A stretch of DNA of 24,000 nucleotides from Providencia alcalifaciens (lineage in GTDB: Bacteria > Pseudomonadota > Gammaproteobacteria > Enterobacterales > Enterobacteriaceae), in assembly GCA_025961275.1 (NCBI GenBank), contig JAOQNJ010000001.1, positions 59,353 through 83,352 of the forward strand. Reading direction: 5' to 3'. Of this stretch, positions 10,066 to 17,793 are shown in pieces. Position 1 is the first letter of the stretch. Every line of letters begins with the position of its first letter. The position numbers and the translations under genes are program-made. The notes below the pieces were generated by a model. The model saw only the letters and a list, made by a program, of their open reading frames with translations, had not been told where the DNA came from and did no database searches.

Positions 10066-10774
10066 GATAATCAAATAGCATACGTAATTCTCACTAGATC
10101 ACGTTTTTTCATAATACTTAAAATCAGAAAATATCGAAAAGAACAGCAAGTATATTGATTCTTATTTAGGTATGACCTCAATAGAATTTAGCTTTCTATG
10201 AGGCCTTAAATTCATTTATAATCAATGGATTGCACCTTAATCAAAATCATAACGAGTATTGTTTTCAGAACAGATCTCAATTCATTTTAATCCTATTAAA
10301 TAAACTAATAAGATAATGAAAATCTGCAGAGTTATTCTAATTGTATTATTAGACATCAATGTGACTGATTTAAATCCATTCGATGATAGGTAATCATCAT
10401 TCTGGTGACTAAATATAATTTTTTTATACATTAATTTGAGTGGTTAAGGATAAATAAGGCTGTAGATTGAATAAAAATAGGACGCTATATCATAATTTTT
10501 TGATAAAACAGCTAAAAATCATGGTCTATCTTAATTCTTTACCTTAAAAGAACAACTGCTTTGTGTTTGAACGGCCTATCAATAGACTTCTATCATTTAA
10601 TTATCGATAAACTAAGTGCAAATATTCATCAAGATAAAGTATTGGTTATTACCGGCTGCTAGTCATTCAGTAATAATATTTTTATGAGATACTCAGGATA
10701 ATGCAAGAGTATTGAGCGAATTTGTTATGTGAATGTCACAAAATTGTTAGCTTCAATTGGCTTATATAGCTTGA

Positions 10775-10790
10775 TGTGAGTTTGATCACG
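10775..10790. promoter_or_regulatory. Candidate CRP binding site of the sgc promoter
   Basis: TGTGA-GTTTGA-TCACG matches TGTGA-N6-TCACA at 9/10 positions. Its centre (10782.5) lies 41.5 bp upstream of the start site implied by the TATAAA -10 element at 10812-10817, which is class II geometry. Confidence 0.55.
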
Positions 10791-10811
10791 ATTACCCCAC
10801 CTTTTTTTGCT

Positions 10812-10817
10812 TATAAA
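10812..10817 (+). promoter_or_regulatory. Candidate -10 element (TATAAA) of the sgc operon promoter
   Basis: The hexamer matches TATAAT at 5/6. It lies about 43 nt upstream of the sgcX ATG and is correctly spaced from the CRP site. Confidence 0.4.
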
Positions 10818-10859
10818 TCGCTCACCTTTATGTCGTTTTATCAAAAGGAGCTTCTCCTT

Positions 10860-11981
10860 ATGGTTTTTTCTCTTCGAGATACGCTTTTTTCTTTATTGAC
10901 CTTAGATGGCATTTCTGGCCATGAATTACCTATCGCAAATGTAATGCAGTCGCATCTTAAACATAGTGCGAAGGATATTTGGCAAGACAGGTTAGGTAAT
11001 GTGGTTGCTTGTTACGGAAGTGATGCTCCAGATGCACTACGTTTGATGGTATTTGCTCATATGGATGAAGTGGGATTTATGGTTCGTAAAATTGAACCGT
11101 CAGGCTTTATCCGTTTCGAACGAGTGGGAGGCCCCGCACAAATAACAATGCCTGGTTCTGTCGTTCGGCTTGCGGGCGAGCATGGATCAATATCTGGATG
11201 TATTGGTATTAAATCCTATCATTTTGCTAAAGGAGAAGAGAGAACTCAAGCCCCTTCAGTTGACCAACTTTGGATTGATATTGGCGCAAAAGATAAAGCG
11301 GATGCTGAAAGAATGGGGGTTCAGGTTGGTACACCAATCACGCTTTATAATCCACCACAAGAGCTAGGCAATGACATGATTTGTAGTAAAGCGTTGGATG
11401 ATCGGCTTGGTTGCACAGCATTACTAGGTTTAGCTGATGCTGTAAAAGATAAAACCTTAGATATTGCCTTGTTTATTGTTGCTTCGGTACAAGAAGAATT
11501 TAATATCCGAGGTATCCTCCCTGTATTACGCCGTGTTAAGCCCGATCTCGCTGTGGGAATCGACATCACTCCCTCATGTGATACACCTGATTTAAAAGAT
11601 TATTCAGACCTAGTGATTAATAAAGGCGTCGGAATTACCTGTCTAAACTATCATGGTAGGGGAACGCTTGCTGGGCTAGTCACACCTGTTCGTCTGATTA
11701 ATCTGTTAGAAAAAACCGCATCTAAAAATCATATCCCTGTGCAACGAGAGGTTGCACCGGGGGTAATCACTGAAACTGGTTATATACAAGTTGAGCTGGA
11801 TGGCATTCCTTGCGCTAGCTTATCTATTCCTTGCCGTTACACGCATTCACCTGCTGAAGTTGCGAGTTTACGTGATCTCAACGACTGCATTCGGTTGCTT
11901 TCTGCATTAGCAACAATGCCTGCTAGTCAGTTCCCTATCGAGTTTAATTCAGATAACTATCAAGAGGTAACATCAAAATGA
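10860..11981 (+). CDS. sgcX: M42-family metallo-aminopeptidase/endoglucanase-like protein (SgcX/FrvX/YpdE family), 373 aa
   Basis: The protein is colinear with E. coli SgcX. Matching stretches are LRLMVFAHMDEVGFMVRKIEPSGFIRFERVGGPAQ, SKALDDRLGC, ASVQEEFNIRG and CRYTHSPAEVASLRDL. The start is moved to the ATG at 10860, preceded by AAGGAG at 10845-10850. The track start at 10776 (GTG) would lie inside the CRP site. Confidence 0.9.
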   Translation: MVFSLRDTLFSLLTLDGISGHELPIANVMQSHLKHSAKDIWQDRLGNVVACYGSDAPDALRLMVFAHMDEVGFMVRKIEPSGFIRFERVGGPAQITMPGSVVRLAGEHGSISGCIGIKSYHFAKGEERTQAPSVDQLWIDIGAKDKADAERMGVQVGTPITLYNPPQELGNDMICSKALDDRLGCTALLGLADAVKDKTLDIALFIVASVQEEFNIRGILPVLRRVKPDLAVGIDITPSCDTPDLKDYSDLVINKGVGITCLNYHGRGTLAGLVTPVRLINLLEKTASKNHIPVQREVAPGVITETGYIQVELDGIPCASLSIPCRYTHSPAEVASLRDLNDCIRLLSALATMPASQFPIEFNSDNYQEVTSK

Positions 11982-12256
11982 AAAAAATCCTCGTCGCTTG
12001 TGGCACAGGAATGTCGACATCAACAATGATTGCTCAAAAATTACAAAATTATTTATCCGATGAAGGATTTAGCGTGTCCACCTCACAATGTTGCTTAAGT
12101 GAGATCCCTTTAAACTGCCGAGGCGTTGATTTGATTATAACGGCTATGAAAACAGATACCGACTATGGCATACCTGTATTAAATGGAGCGGCTTTACTCA
12201 CAGGAATTAATGACGATGTATTAAAAGAAAAAATTAAAACGCTGTTATCCCAATAA
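11978..12256 (+). CDS. sgcB: PTS galactitol-family EIIB component
   Basis: The 92-aa ORF begins MKKILVACGTGMSTSTMIA, which carries the active-site Cys, and contains GIPVLNGAALLTGINDD. Its start overlaps the sgcX stop in an ATGA overlap. Confidence 0.9.
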   Translation: MKKILVACGTGMSTSTMIAQKLQNYLSDEGFSVSTSQCCLSEIPLNCRGVDLIITAMKTDTDYGIPVLNGAALLTGINDDVLKEKIKTLLSQ

Positions 12257-12277
12257 ACCTAACTAAAAGGTGGCGTT

Positions 12278-13591
12278 ATGTTTGACTATATACTTTCTTT
12301 AGGCGGTACTGTTTTTGTTCCAATAGTCATGATCATCATTGGGTTGATATTCCGCATTCCTTTATTACAAGCTATCAAAGCAGGTGTTACGGTCGGTATT
12401 GGTTTTGTCGGTATGGGTTTGGTTATCGTCATGGCGATTGACAGTCTGAGTTCCCCAATCAAAATTATGATTGAACGTTTCGGTTTATCTCTACATGTAC
12501 TTGACGTAGGTGCGGGGCCAGCATCTGGGGTGGGATATGCAACAGCAATTGGTGCGATGATTATTCCAACCATATTTCTACTCAATATTGCACTATTGTT
12601 TACGCGTTTAACGAAAACGATGAATGTCGATATTTATAACTATTGGCATTACGCGATCACTGGAACCGTAGTGCAACTTGCTACAGGTAGCATAAGCTAT
12701 GGTATAGCAGCCGCAATGTGTCATGCCATACTTTCGTTTAAAATGGCTGATTGGACAGCAAAGCGTGTACAAGCTATCGTCGGTTTGGAAGGCATCTCAA
12801 TTCCACAAGGGTATGGTTCTAGCTCTGTCCCCCTTTTTGTATTGCTCGATTCAATCTATGAAAAAATTCCATTCATGAAAGGAAAAAATGTTGATGCTCA
12901 AGCTATCCAAAAACGCTATGGCATGATTGGCGATCCGGTCATTATTGGGGTTGTACTTGGTTTATTATTTGGGTTAGCCGCAGGAGAAGATTTTAAAGGC
13001 TGTTCGACACTCGTGATCACGGTTGCGGCGATTATGGTGTTGTTTCCTCGAATGATCCGTTTGATTGTTGAAGGGTTATTGCCTATCTCTGAAGGTGCAC
13101 GAAAATTTTTCCAGAAACATTTTCGTGATCGCGAAGTATACATAGGCTTAGATACAGCGGTGACATTGGGACATCCAACTACGATAGCCGTTGGTTTAAT
13201 CCTCATTCCAATCATGCTAGTACTTGCGAGTATTCTTCCATTAAATAATGTGTTACCGCTGGCGGACTTGCCAGTTGCACCTTTCTTTATTTGTATGGCT
13301 ACTGTAATCCATCGAGGTGATTTACTGCGCACATTGCTTAGCGGTGTGATTGTGCTGAGTACGGTTTTGCTTATCGCAAGTGAGTTCGCGCCTTTCTTCA
13401 CCGAAATGGCTCGCAGTGGAGGATTCAATTTTGCCGAAGATGGGGCACAAATTAGTGCATTGTCCGTAGGTAATATGTTTGGTTGGTCTATCTACGAATT
13501 AATGTCATTTGGTTTTATTGGCGTAATAGTGACAGTGGGAATTGTCGCTTGTGTTGTTATCTTCTTACGCAATTGTGAACTATCAGAATAG
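12278..13591 (+). CDS. sgcC: PTS galactitol-family EIIC permease
   Basis: The 437-aa polytopic membrane protein is nearly identical in its N-terminus to E. coli SgcC (MFDYILSLGGTVFVPI...GVTVGIGFVGMGLVIVMAIDSLS). The match continues through NVDIYNYWHYAITGTVVQL. Confidence 0.92.
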   Translation: MFDYILSLGGTVFVPIVMIIIGLIFRIPLLQAIKAGVTVGIGFVGMGLVIVMAIDSLSSPIKIMIERFGLSLHVLDVGAGPASGVGYATAIGAMIIPTIFLLNIALLFTRLTKTMNVDIYNYWHYAITGTVVQLATGSISYGIAAAMCHAILSFKMADWTAKRVQAIVGLEGISIPQGYGSSSVPLFVLLDSIYEKIPFMKGKNVDAQAIQKRYGMIGDPVIIGVVLGLLFGLAAGEDFKGCSTLVITVAAIMVLFPRMIRLIVEGLLPISEGARKFFQKHFRDREVYIGLDTAVTLGHPTTIAVGLILIPIMLVLASILPLNNVLPLADLPVAPFFICMATVIHRGDLLRTLLSGVIVLSTVLLIASEFAPFFTEMARSGGFNFAEDGAQISALSVGNMFGWSIYELMSFGFIGVIVTVGIVACVVIFLRNCELSE

Positions 13592-13601
13592 GAGTATGGA
13601 A

Positions 13602-14408
13602 ATGAGTTGGTTAAAGGAAGTTATTGGAACAGAAAAAGCAGTCATTGCCATGTGTCATTTGAGAGCGCTGCCGGGGGATCCTGATTTTAATCGGCATCAT
13701 AACATGCAATGGGTACTTGATAGAGCATATGACGACCTAATGGCGTTACAAAATGGGGGGGTGGATGCGGTTATGTTTTCCAATGAGTTCAGTTTACCTT
13801 ATCTCACTAAAGTCAAACCTGAAACCACTGCTGCAATGGCGCGGGTTATTGGCCAATTAATGGGAGAAATACGTGTACCTTTTGGTGTGAACGTACTTTG
13901 GGATCCCGTTGCCTCCTTTGATTTAGCCATGGCAACGGGTGCTAAATTTATCCGAGAAATATTTACGGGTGCTTATGCAAGTGATTTTGGTGTATGGGAT
14001 ACCAATGTAGGTGAAACAATTCGCCATCAACACCGAATTGGGGCTAGTGATGTAAAAACACTGTTTAATATTGTACCTGAAGCCGCTATTTATTTAGGTG
14101 GACGTGATATTTGTTCCATAGCGAAATCGACCGTTTTTAATAATAAACCTGATGCTTTATGTGTTTCTGGGTTAACTGCAGGAGCAAAAACAGATAGTGC
14201 TATTTTAAAGCAAGTGAAAGATACGGTGCCGGATACTGTCGTTTTCGCGAATACGGGAGTTTGTCTTGAAAACGTTGAAGAACAACTCAGTATTGCTGAT
14301 GGATGTGTGACGGCTACCACGTTCAAAAAAGACGGTGTTTTCGCCAATTTTGTTGATCAGTCACGAGTTGAAAGATTTATGGAGAAAGTGCAGGGCATAA
14401 GACAATAA
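13602..14408 (+). CDS. sgcQ: BtpA/SgcQ-family TIM-barrel protein of unknown function, 268 aa
   Basis: MSWLKEVIGTEKAVIAMCHLRALPGDP and GGVDAVMFSNEFSLPYLTKVKPETTAAMARVIGQL match E. coli SgcQ. The start is set at the ATG at 13602, 7 nt after AGGAG (13590-13594). The track start at 13542 lies inside sgcC. Confidence 0.9.
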   Translation: MSWLKEVIGTEKAVIAMCHLRALPGDPDFNRHHNMQWVLDRAYDDLMALQNGGVDAVMFSNEFSLPYLTKVKPETTAAMARVIGQLMGEIRVPFGVNVLWDPVASFDLAMATGAKFIREIFTGAYASDFGVWDTNVGETIRHQHRIGASDVKTLFNIVPEAAIYLGGRDICSIAKSTVFNNKPDALCVSGLTAGAKTDSAILKQVKDTVPDTVVFANTGVCLENVEEQLSIADGCVTATTFKKDGVFANFVDQSRVERFMEKVQGIRQ

Positions 14409-14409
14409 A

Positions 14410-14436
14410 AAGAGATAAGTCAAAAACTTATCTCTT
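14410..14436. other. Perfect 11-bp hairpin directly after the sgcQ stop codon
   Basis: AAGAGATAAGT-CAAAA-ACTTATCTCTT. A T-run follows the stem only when it is read on the minus strand (TTTATTG). On the plus strand an A-run precedes it. Confidence 0.5.
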
Positions 14437-14450
14437 GGAATAATGAATCA

Positions 14451-14494
14451 ATAGAGACCCCGCAATCTTCGCCAAAAGGTAGGCGGGGCTCTAT
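14451..14494. other. GC-rich interrupted hairpin in the sgcQ-sgcA spacer
   Basis: ATAGAG(A)CCCCGC pairs with GCGGGGCTCTAT. That gives 12 bp with one bulged A and a 19-nt loop. No T-run follows on either strand. Confidence 0.45.
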
Positions 14495-14533
14495 AAACAA
14501 GCATATACAGAACTCCAAAGGAGTCAATATACA

Positions 14534-14968
14534 ATGATTGATGATGTAAAATGGATCCAAATAAACCAAGTGGCTAAGGATTGGAAAGATGCTATCGCTA
14601 TTGCCTGTACACCTTTAATTACCCATGGTGCAGCTGAGCCACGTTATTTACAAGGTATCATTGAAAACACCAAAAATTGGGGGCCGTATTACTTAATTGC
14701 TCCAGGTATTGCAATGCCTCATGCAAGACCCGAGCAAGGTGCGATTCATAATCAAGTCGCGGTAACTATACTCAAACATCCCGTTGTTTTTGGTCATGAA
14801 GATTGTGATCCTGTGTGGTTATTAATTGGTGTTTGCGCCACACAGAGTGATGACCATATTCGATTAATCCAGCACATTACCCAGTTTATTGATAATTCAG
14901 TATTACTTGATGAAATTCGTGTTGCTCATACAGCAAGTGACGTTTTTACATTAATAAATGCACAGTGA
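14534..14968 (+). CDS. sgcA: PTS EIIA component (EIIA-2, mannitol/fructose/ascorbate type)
   Basis: The 144-aa ORF contains GPYYLIAPGIAMPHARPEQG with the phosphorylatable His, and DPVWLLIGV. It is colinear with E. coli SgcA. Confidence 0.9.
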   Translation: MIDDVKWIQINQVAKDWKDAIAIACTPLITHGAAEPRYLQGIIENTKNWGPYYLIAPGIAMPHARPEQGAIHNQVAVTILKHPVVFGHEDCDPVWLLIGVCATQSDDHIRLIQHITQFIDNSVLLDEIRVAHTASDVFTLINAQ

Positions 14969-14990
14969 TATAGATATGAGGGGAATTGCG

Positions 14991-15620
14991 ATGATCATAC
15001 ATCCATCTTTGGCTTCAGCTGACCCTCTGCGTCTGGGGGACATTATGGATAATTTTGCTAATGAAGAGATTGGTTCACTCCATTTAGATATCGAAGATGG
15101 TAATTTTATCAGTAATATTACTTTTGGGCTCAAAGTGGTGAAGGCTGTTTCACAAGTGACAAAGCACGCATTATCAATCCATTTAATGGTTGTACAGCCT
15201 GCTTTTTGGATACGAGAACTCGCTCCTTTTAGTCCTAAATGGATTTTCTTTCATCCTGAAGTTGTTCAAAATCCTTCAGAAATTATTGCCGAGATAAAAA
15301 AGATAGGCGTCAAAGCCGGTTTAGCATTGAACCCCGCAACACAGTTTGAGCCTTACCAGTATTTAATTGAACAGTTTGATGCTGTAATGGTGATGACGAG
15401 TGAGCCTGATGGGCACCATCAACAATTTATTTCTAATATGAAAGATAAGATTCAAAAAATTACACAAATGTCACCAAAATTAGCGTGTTGGGTCGATGGT
15501 GATGTCAATCTGGATAACATCACAATATTAAAAAAAGCCGGTGCAACGCACTGTGTAGTGGGTAGATCGCTTTTTTCAAACGATAATTACGCTATAACGC
15601 TTGAAAAATTAAGACATTAA
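14991..15620 (+). CDS. sgcE: Ribulose-phosphate 3-epimerase paralogue, 209 aa
   Basis: MIIHPSLASADPL, GSLHLDIEDGNFI, FHPE, LNPAT and VMVMTSEPDG are Rpe-family motifs, and the protein is colinear with E. coli SgcE. The start is set at the ATG at 14991, with a GAGGGG SD upstream. Confidence 0.9.
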   Translation: MIIHPSLASADPLRLGDIMDNFANEEIGSLHLDIEDGNFISNITFGLKVVKAVSQVTKHALSIHLMVVQPAFWIRELAPFSPKWIFFHPEVVQNPSEIIAEIKKIGVKAGLALNPATQFEPYQYLIEQFDAVMVMTSEPDGHHQQFISNMKDKIQKITQMSPKLACWVDGDVNLDNITILKKAGATHCVVGRSLFSNDNYAITLEKLRH

Positions 15621-15638
15621 ATTCGGAAGGAGACAGCG

Positions 15639-16412
15639 ATGAGTTTGTATAAATCTGATCGGATCCAGCAGATGTTACATTATCTTTGGAAATGTCGAGA
15701 GCTTTCAACGCAGCAAGCTATTGAACTATTTGGATGTGCAGAAGCTACTATCCGGCGCGATTTTCAATATATTGCCGAGCATTATCCAGGAATGAAGCGA
15801 ACGCATGGGCGTCTTGATTTTGATGATAGCACCACAGATAAAGAGTCCCAATTTGATGTTAGGCGTTCCTTAAATTGTAAATTTAAACGTGAAATTGCCT
15901 TAATTGCTCGTGAATTAATTCATGAAGGAGATTGTTTTTTTCTTGATTCAGGCTCTACATGCCTTGAATTAGCAAAATGCCTAAATGATATTAAAGTGAA
16001 AGTGATTTGTAATGACATAAAAATAGCCAATCAATTAGGTGCGTTTCCAAATGTGGAAAGCTACATTATTGGAGGTCTAATAAGACCGGGCTACTTCACG
16101 GTTGGGGAAAGTTTAGCACTAGAAATGTTAAATTCATTTGCGGTTGATCGCGTATTTATGTCTTGCGATGCACTTTCTATCGAAATGGGAATCACTAATG
16201 CCACGATGTTTGAAGTTGGGGTAAAGCGAAAATTGATTACACGTTCTCAGGAGGCCATTTTACTTGCAGACCATACTAAGTTCGATATGTTTGAGCCACA
16301 TGCAGTTGCAACCTTGTCATGTATTAAGACCATTGTAACTGATAGCGGTTTATCGAGTGAAATCCAACAGCGTTATCGGCAGGCTGGATATGAATTAAAA
16401 TGTGGTTATTAA
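15639..16412 (+). CDS. sgcR: DeoR-family transcriptional regulator (HTH plus DeoR-C sugar-phosphate sensor domain)
   Basis: The 257-aa ORF has an N-terminal HTH (LSTQQAIELFGCAEATIRRDF) and C-terminal DeoR-type motifs (FLDSGSTCLELAK, DRVFMSCDAL, LLADHTKF). It occupies the last position of the sgc operon, as in E. coli. The symbol is assigned from context. Confidence 0.8.
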   Translation: MSLYKSDRIQQMLHYLWKCRELSTQQAIELFGCAEATIRRDFQYIAEHYPGMKRTHGRLDFDDSTTDKESQFDVRRSLNCKFKREIALIARELIHEGDCFFLDSGSTCLELAKCLNDIKVKVICNDIKIANQLGAFPNVESYIIGGLIRPGYFTVGESLALEMLNSFAVDRVFMSCDALSIEMGITNATMFEVGVKRKLITRSQEAILLADHTKFDMFEPHAVATLSCIKTIVTDSGLSSEIQQRYRQAGYELKCGY

Positions 16413-17343
16413 TTTTTTTTATAACTTCTAAAGAAATAAAAAATTGCGTTGGATAAAAGATGTGAACCCAAATACTCTGTCTTATTAGATGAAATCTATA
16501 GCCTATTTCTTCACTCAGCCTAAGTACATCTAAACTGTAAATTCACTGAATAAAGCAGATCAAAGAATAATACGAAATCATCACATCAGTAGGGTTGTCC
16601 GATTGATTGAGGATTTCTGATAAGTAAATTCCGCAAGTAATAATTAAAAATGTAGCATATTATCTGGTTTCAACATAACGTGACTGTCCCGCGAGTTTTT
16701 AGACTAATTAAATATTCAATAGCGAGATAATGGAAATAAATAACGCCAATATAGTGCTTTTAGTTCATTGATAGAGCCTTGTGGCTATTTATCTTTGCCG
16801 CTGATTTTTACTGACTAATCGGTTTAAATAACAGCAATAAACTCATATCACGTAATTGAGTGTCTAAAAAAACATCACCCTAAACCCTAAATGAAAAGCG
16901 CCCTTCGGGTTCGATTAAACGCGATTTTTCGCTGTATTGAGCGACTCTCGCCTTGCTTGAAATACGTGCAATTAGAATCAAAATTGACCTTCAAAGATAA
17001 ACAGCGCCTAGTGCTTAAAATTAAATTTTTTAAATGCGAGCTATTAAGGCTAAACAAATATCATGTTTAATTGCTAAATTAGCAATATATTATACTTATA
17101 TTTTTGAGTTGGAATAAAGCCAAATTAAAATAAAATATAAGTATTTAAAATAAAGATTAAAATTTAATATTATGTTTGGGGATTAATCTAAGCTTCTAAT
17201 TTTAAGCCTCTTTATTATTAAAAAAACGTAATCTGATGTTGAGAAAGTTAGTTATAACAATTTAATGTAATAAATGAGCGTGGAATCACAGTAATTAATT
17301 CTCCTTTAAGATTAGAATCTATTTAATCTTCAGGAGGAATTCT

Positions 17344-17793
17344 ATGATCTCAAGTTTTGCTTCATTTATAAAAATAAGCTTTCTATTTTTGCTCTCTTTT
17401 GATTGCAAATCTAGGGCTGTTTTGAGCAAAATTTGTTGGTTTATTCCTATCTCTTCTTTAGAAAAAGATGAGTCAATTTATAATCAGCAGTCAGAAAGTG
17501 ATATTTCGACTAATTGGTCTCAGTTATGGCTGAGTGCTCAGAAACTTTGTGTTTCTTTATGCTCAAATACGGCTGAAATTATTGAAAATAAAGTTTCTTC
17601 GAAACAATTAACGTCGCTTAAAGCGCGTAAGCGTTATGAACTACTGTTCTTATCCCTTGTTTCAAGCTTACGCCAATTGATGGTTTGCCGTCACTCAAGT
17701 GGTGCGCCTGGAAATATTAACGGTTCATCATTAAAGCTTTTAAAAGCACAATGCGCATTTTTGCCATTGTGCTTTTTTTATTATCTAAATTAA
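17344..17793 (+). CDS. Hypothetical 149-aa protein or leader ORF with no recognisable family
   Basis: This is the only long ORF in a 1.4-kb AT-rich gap. It has a strong SD (AGGAGG, 17332-17337) 6 nt before the ATG and a hydrophobic N-terminus (MISSFASFIKISFLFLLSF). It is Ser/Leu/Cys-rich and uses several rare codons. An intrinsic terminator lies inside its last 17 codons, so its coding status is uncertain. Confidence 0.4.
   Translation: MISSFASFIKISFLFLLSFDCKSRAVLSKICWFIPISSLEKDESIYNQQSESDISTNWSQLWLSAQKLCVSLCSNTAEIIENKVSSKQLTSLKARKRYELLFLSLVSSLRQLMVCRHSSGAPGNINGSSLKLLKAQCAFLPLCFFYYLN
17742..17779 (+). terminator. Strong intrinsic terminator or attenuator immediately upstream of the PTS IIB gene
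   Basis: AAAAGCACAATG (17742-17753) pairs with CATTGTGCTTTT (17765-17776) in a 12-bp stem. The loop is CGCATTTTTGC and the T-run spans 17773-17779 (T7). The structure ends 32 nt before the IIB ATG and 12 nt before the stop codon of the 149-aa ORF. Confidence 0.75.

Noticed and set aside
11170-15133. Nested or antisense ORFs in the sgc operon (11170-11367, 11345-11569, 12286-12585, 12916-13428 at 170 aa, 14090-14347, 14951-15133).
   Set aside because: Each overlaps a gene with strong E. coli Sgc homology. The 170-aa one is the Pro/Ser/Thr/Ile-rich mirror image of the hydrophobic sgcC frame, a common artefact.
16878-16916. A telomere-like CCCTAAACCCTAAA (16878-16891) and a tRNA T-arm-like GGGTTCGATT (16907-16916). 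These could have marked a tRNA-derived att site of an island.
   Set aside because: There are only two heptamer copies. The flanks of the TTCGATT loop do not form a T-stem or acceptor stem, and no integrase or matching direct repeat is present in the window.
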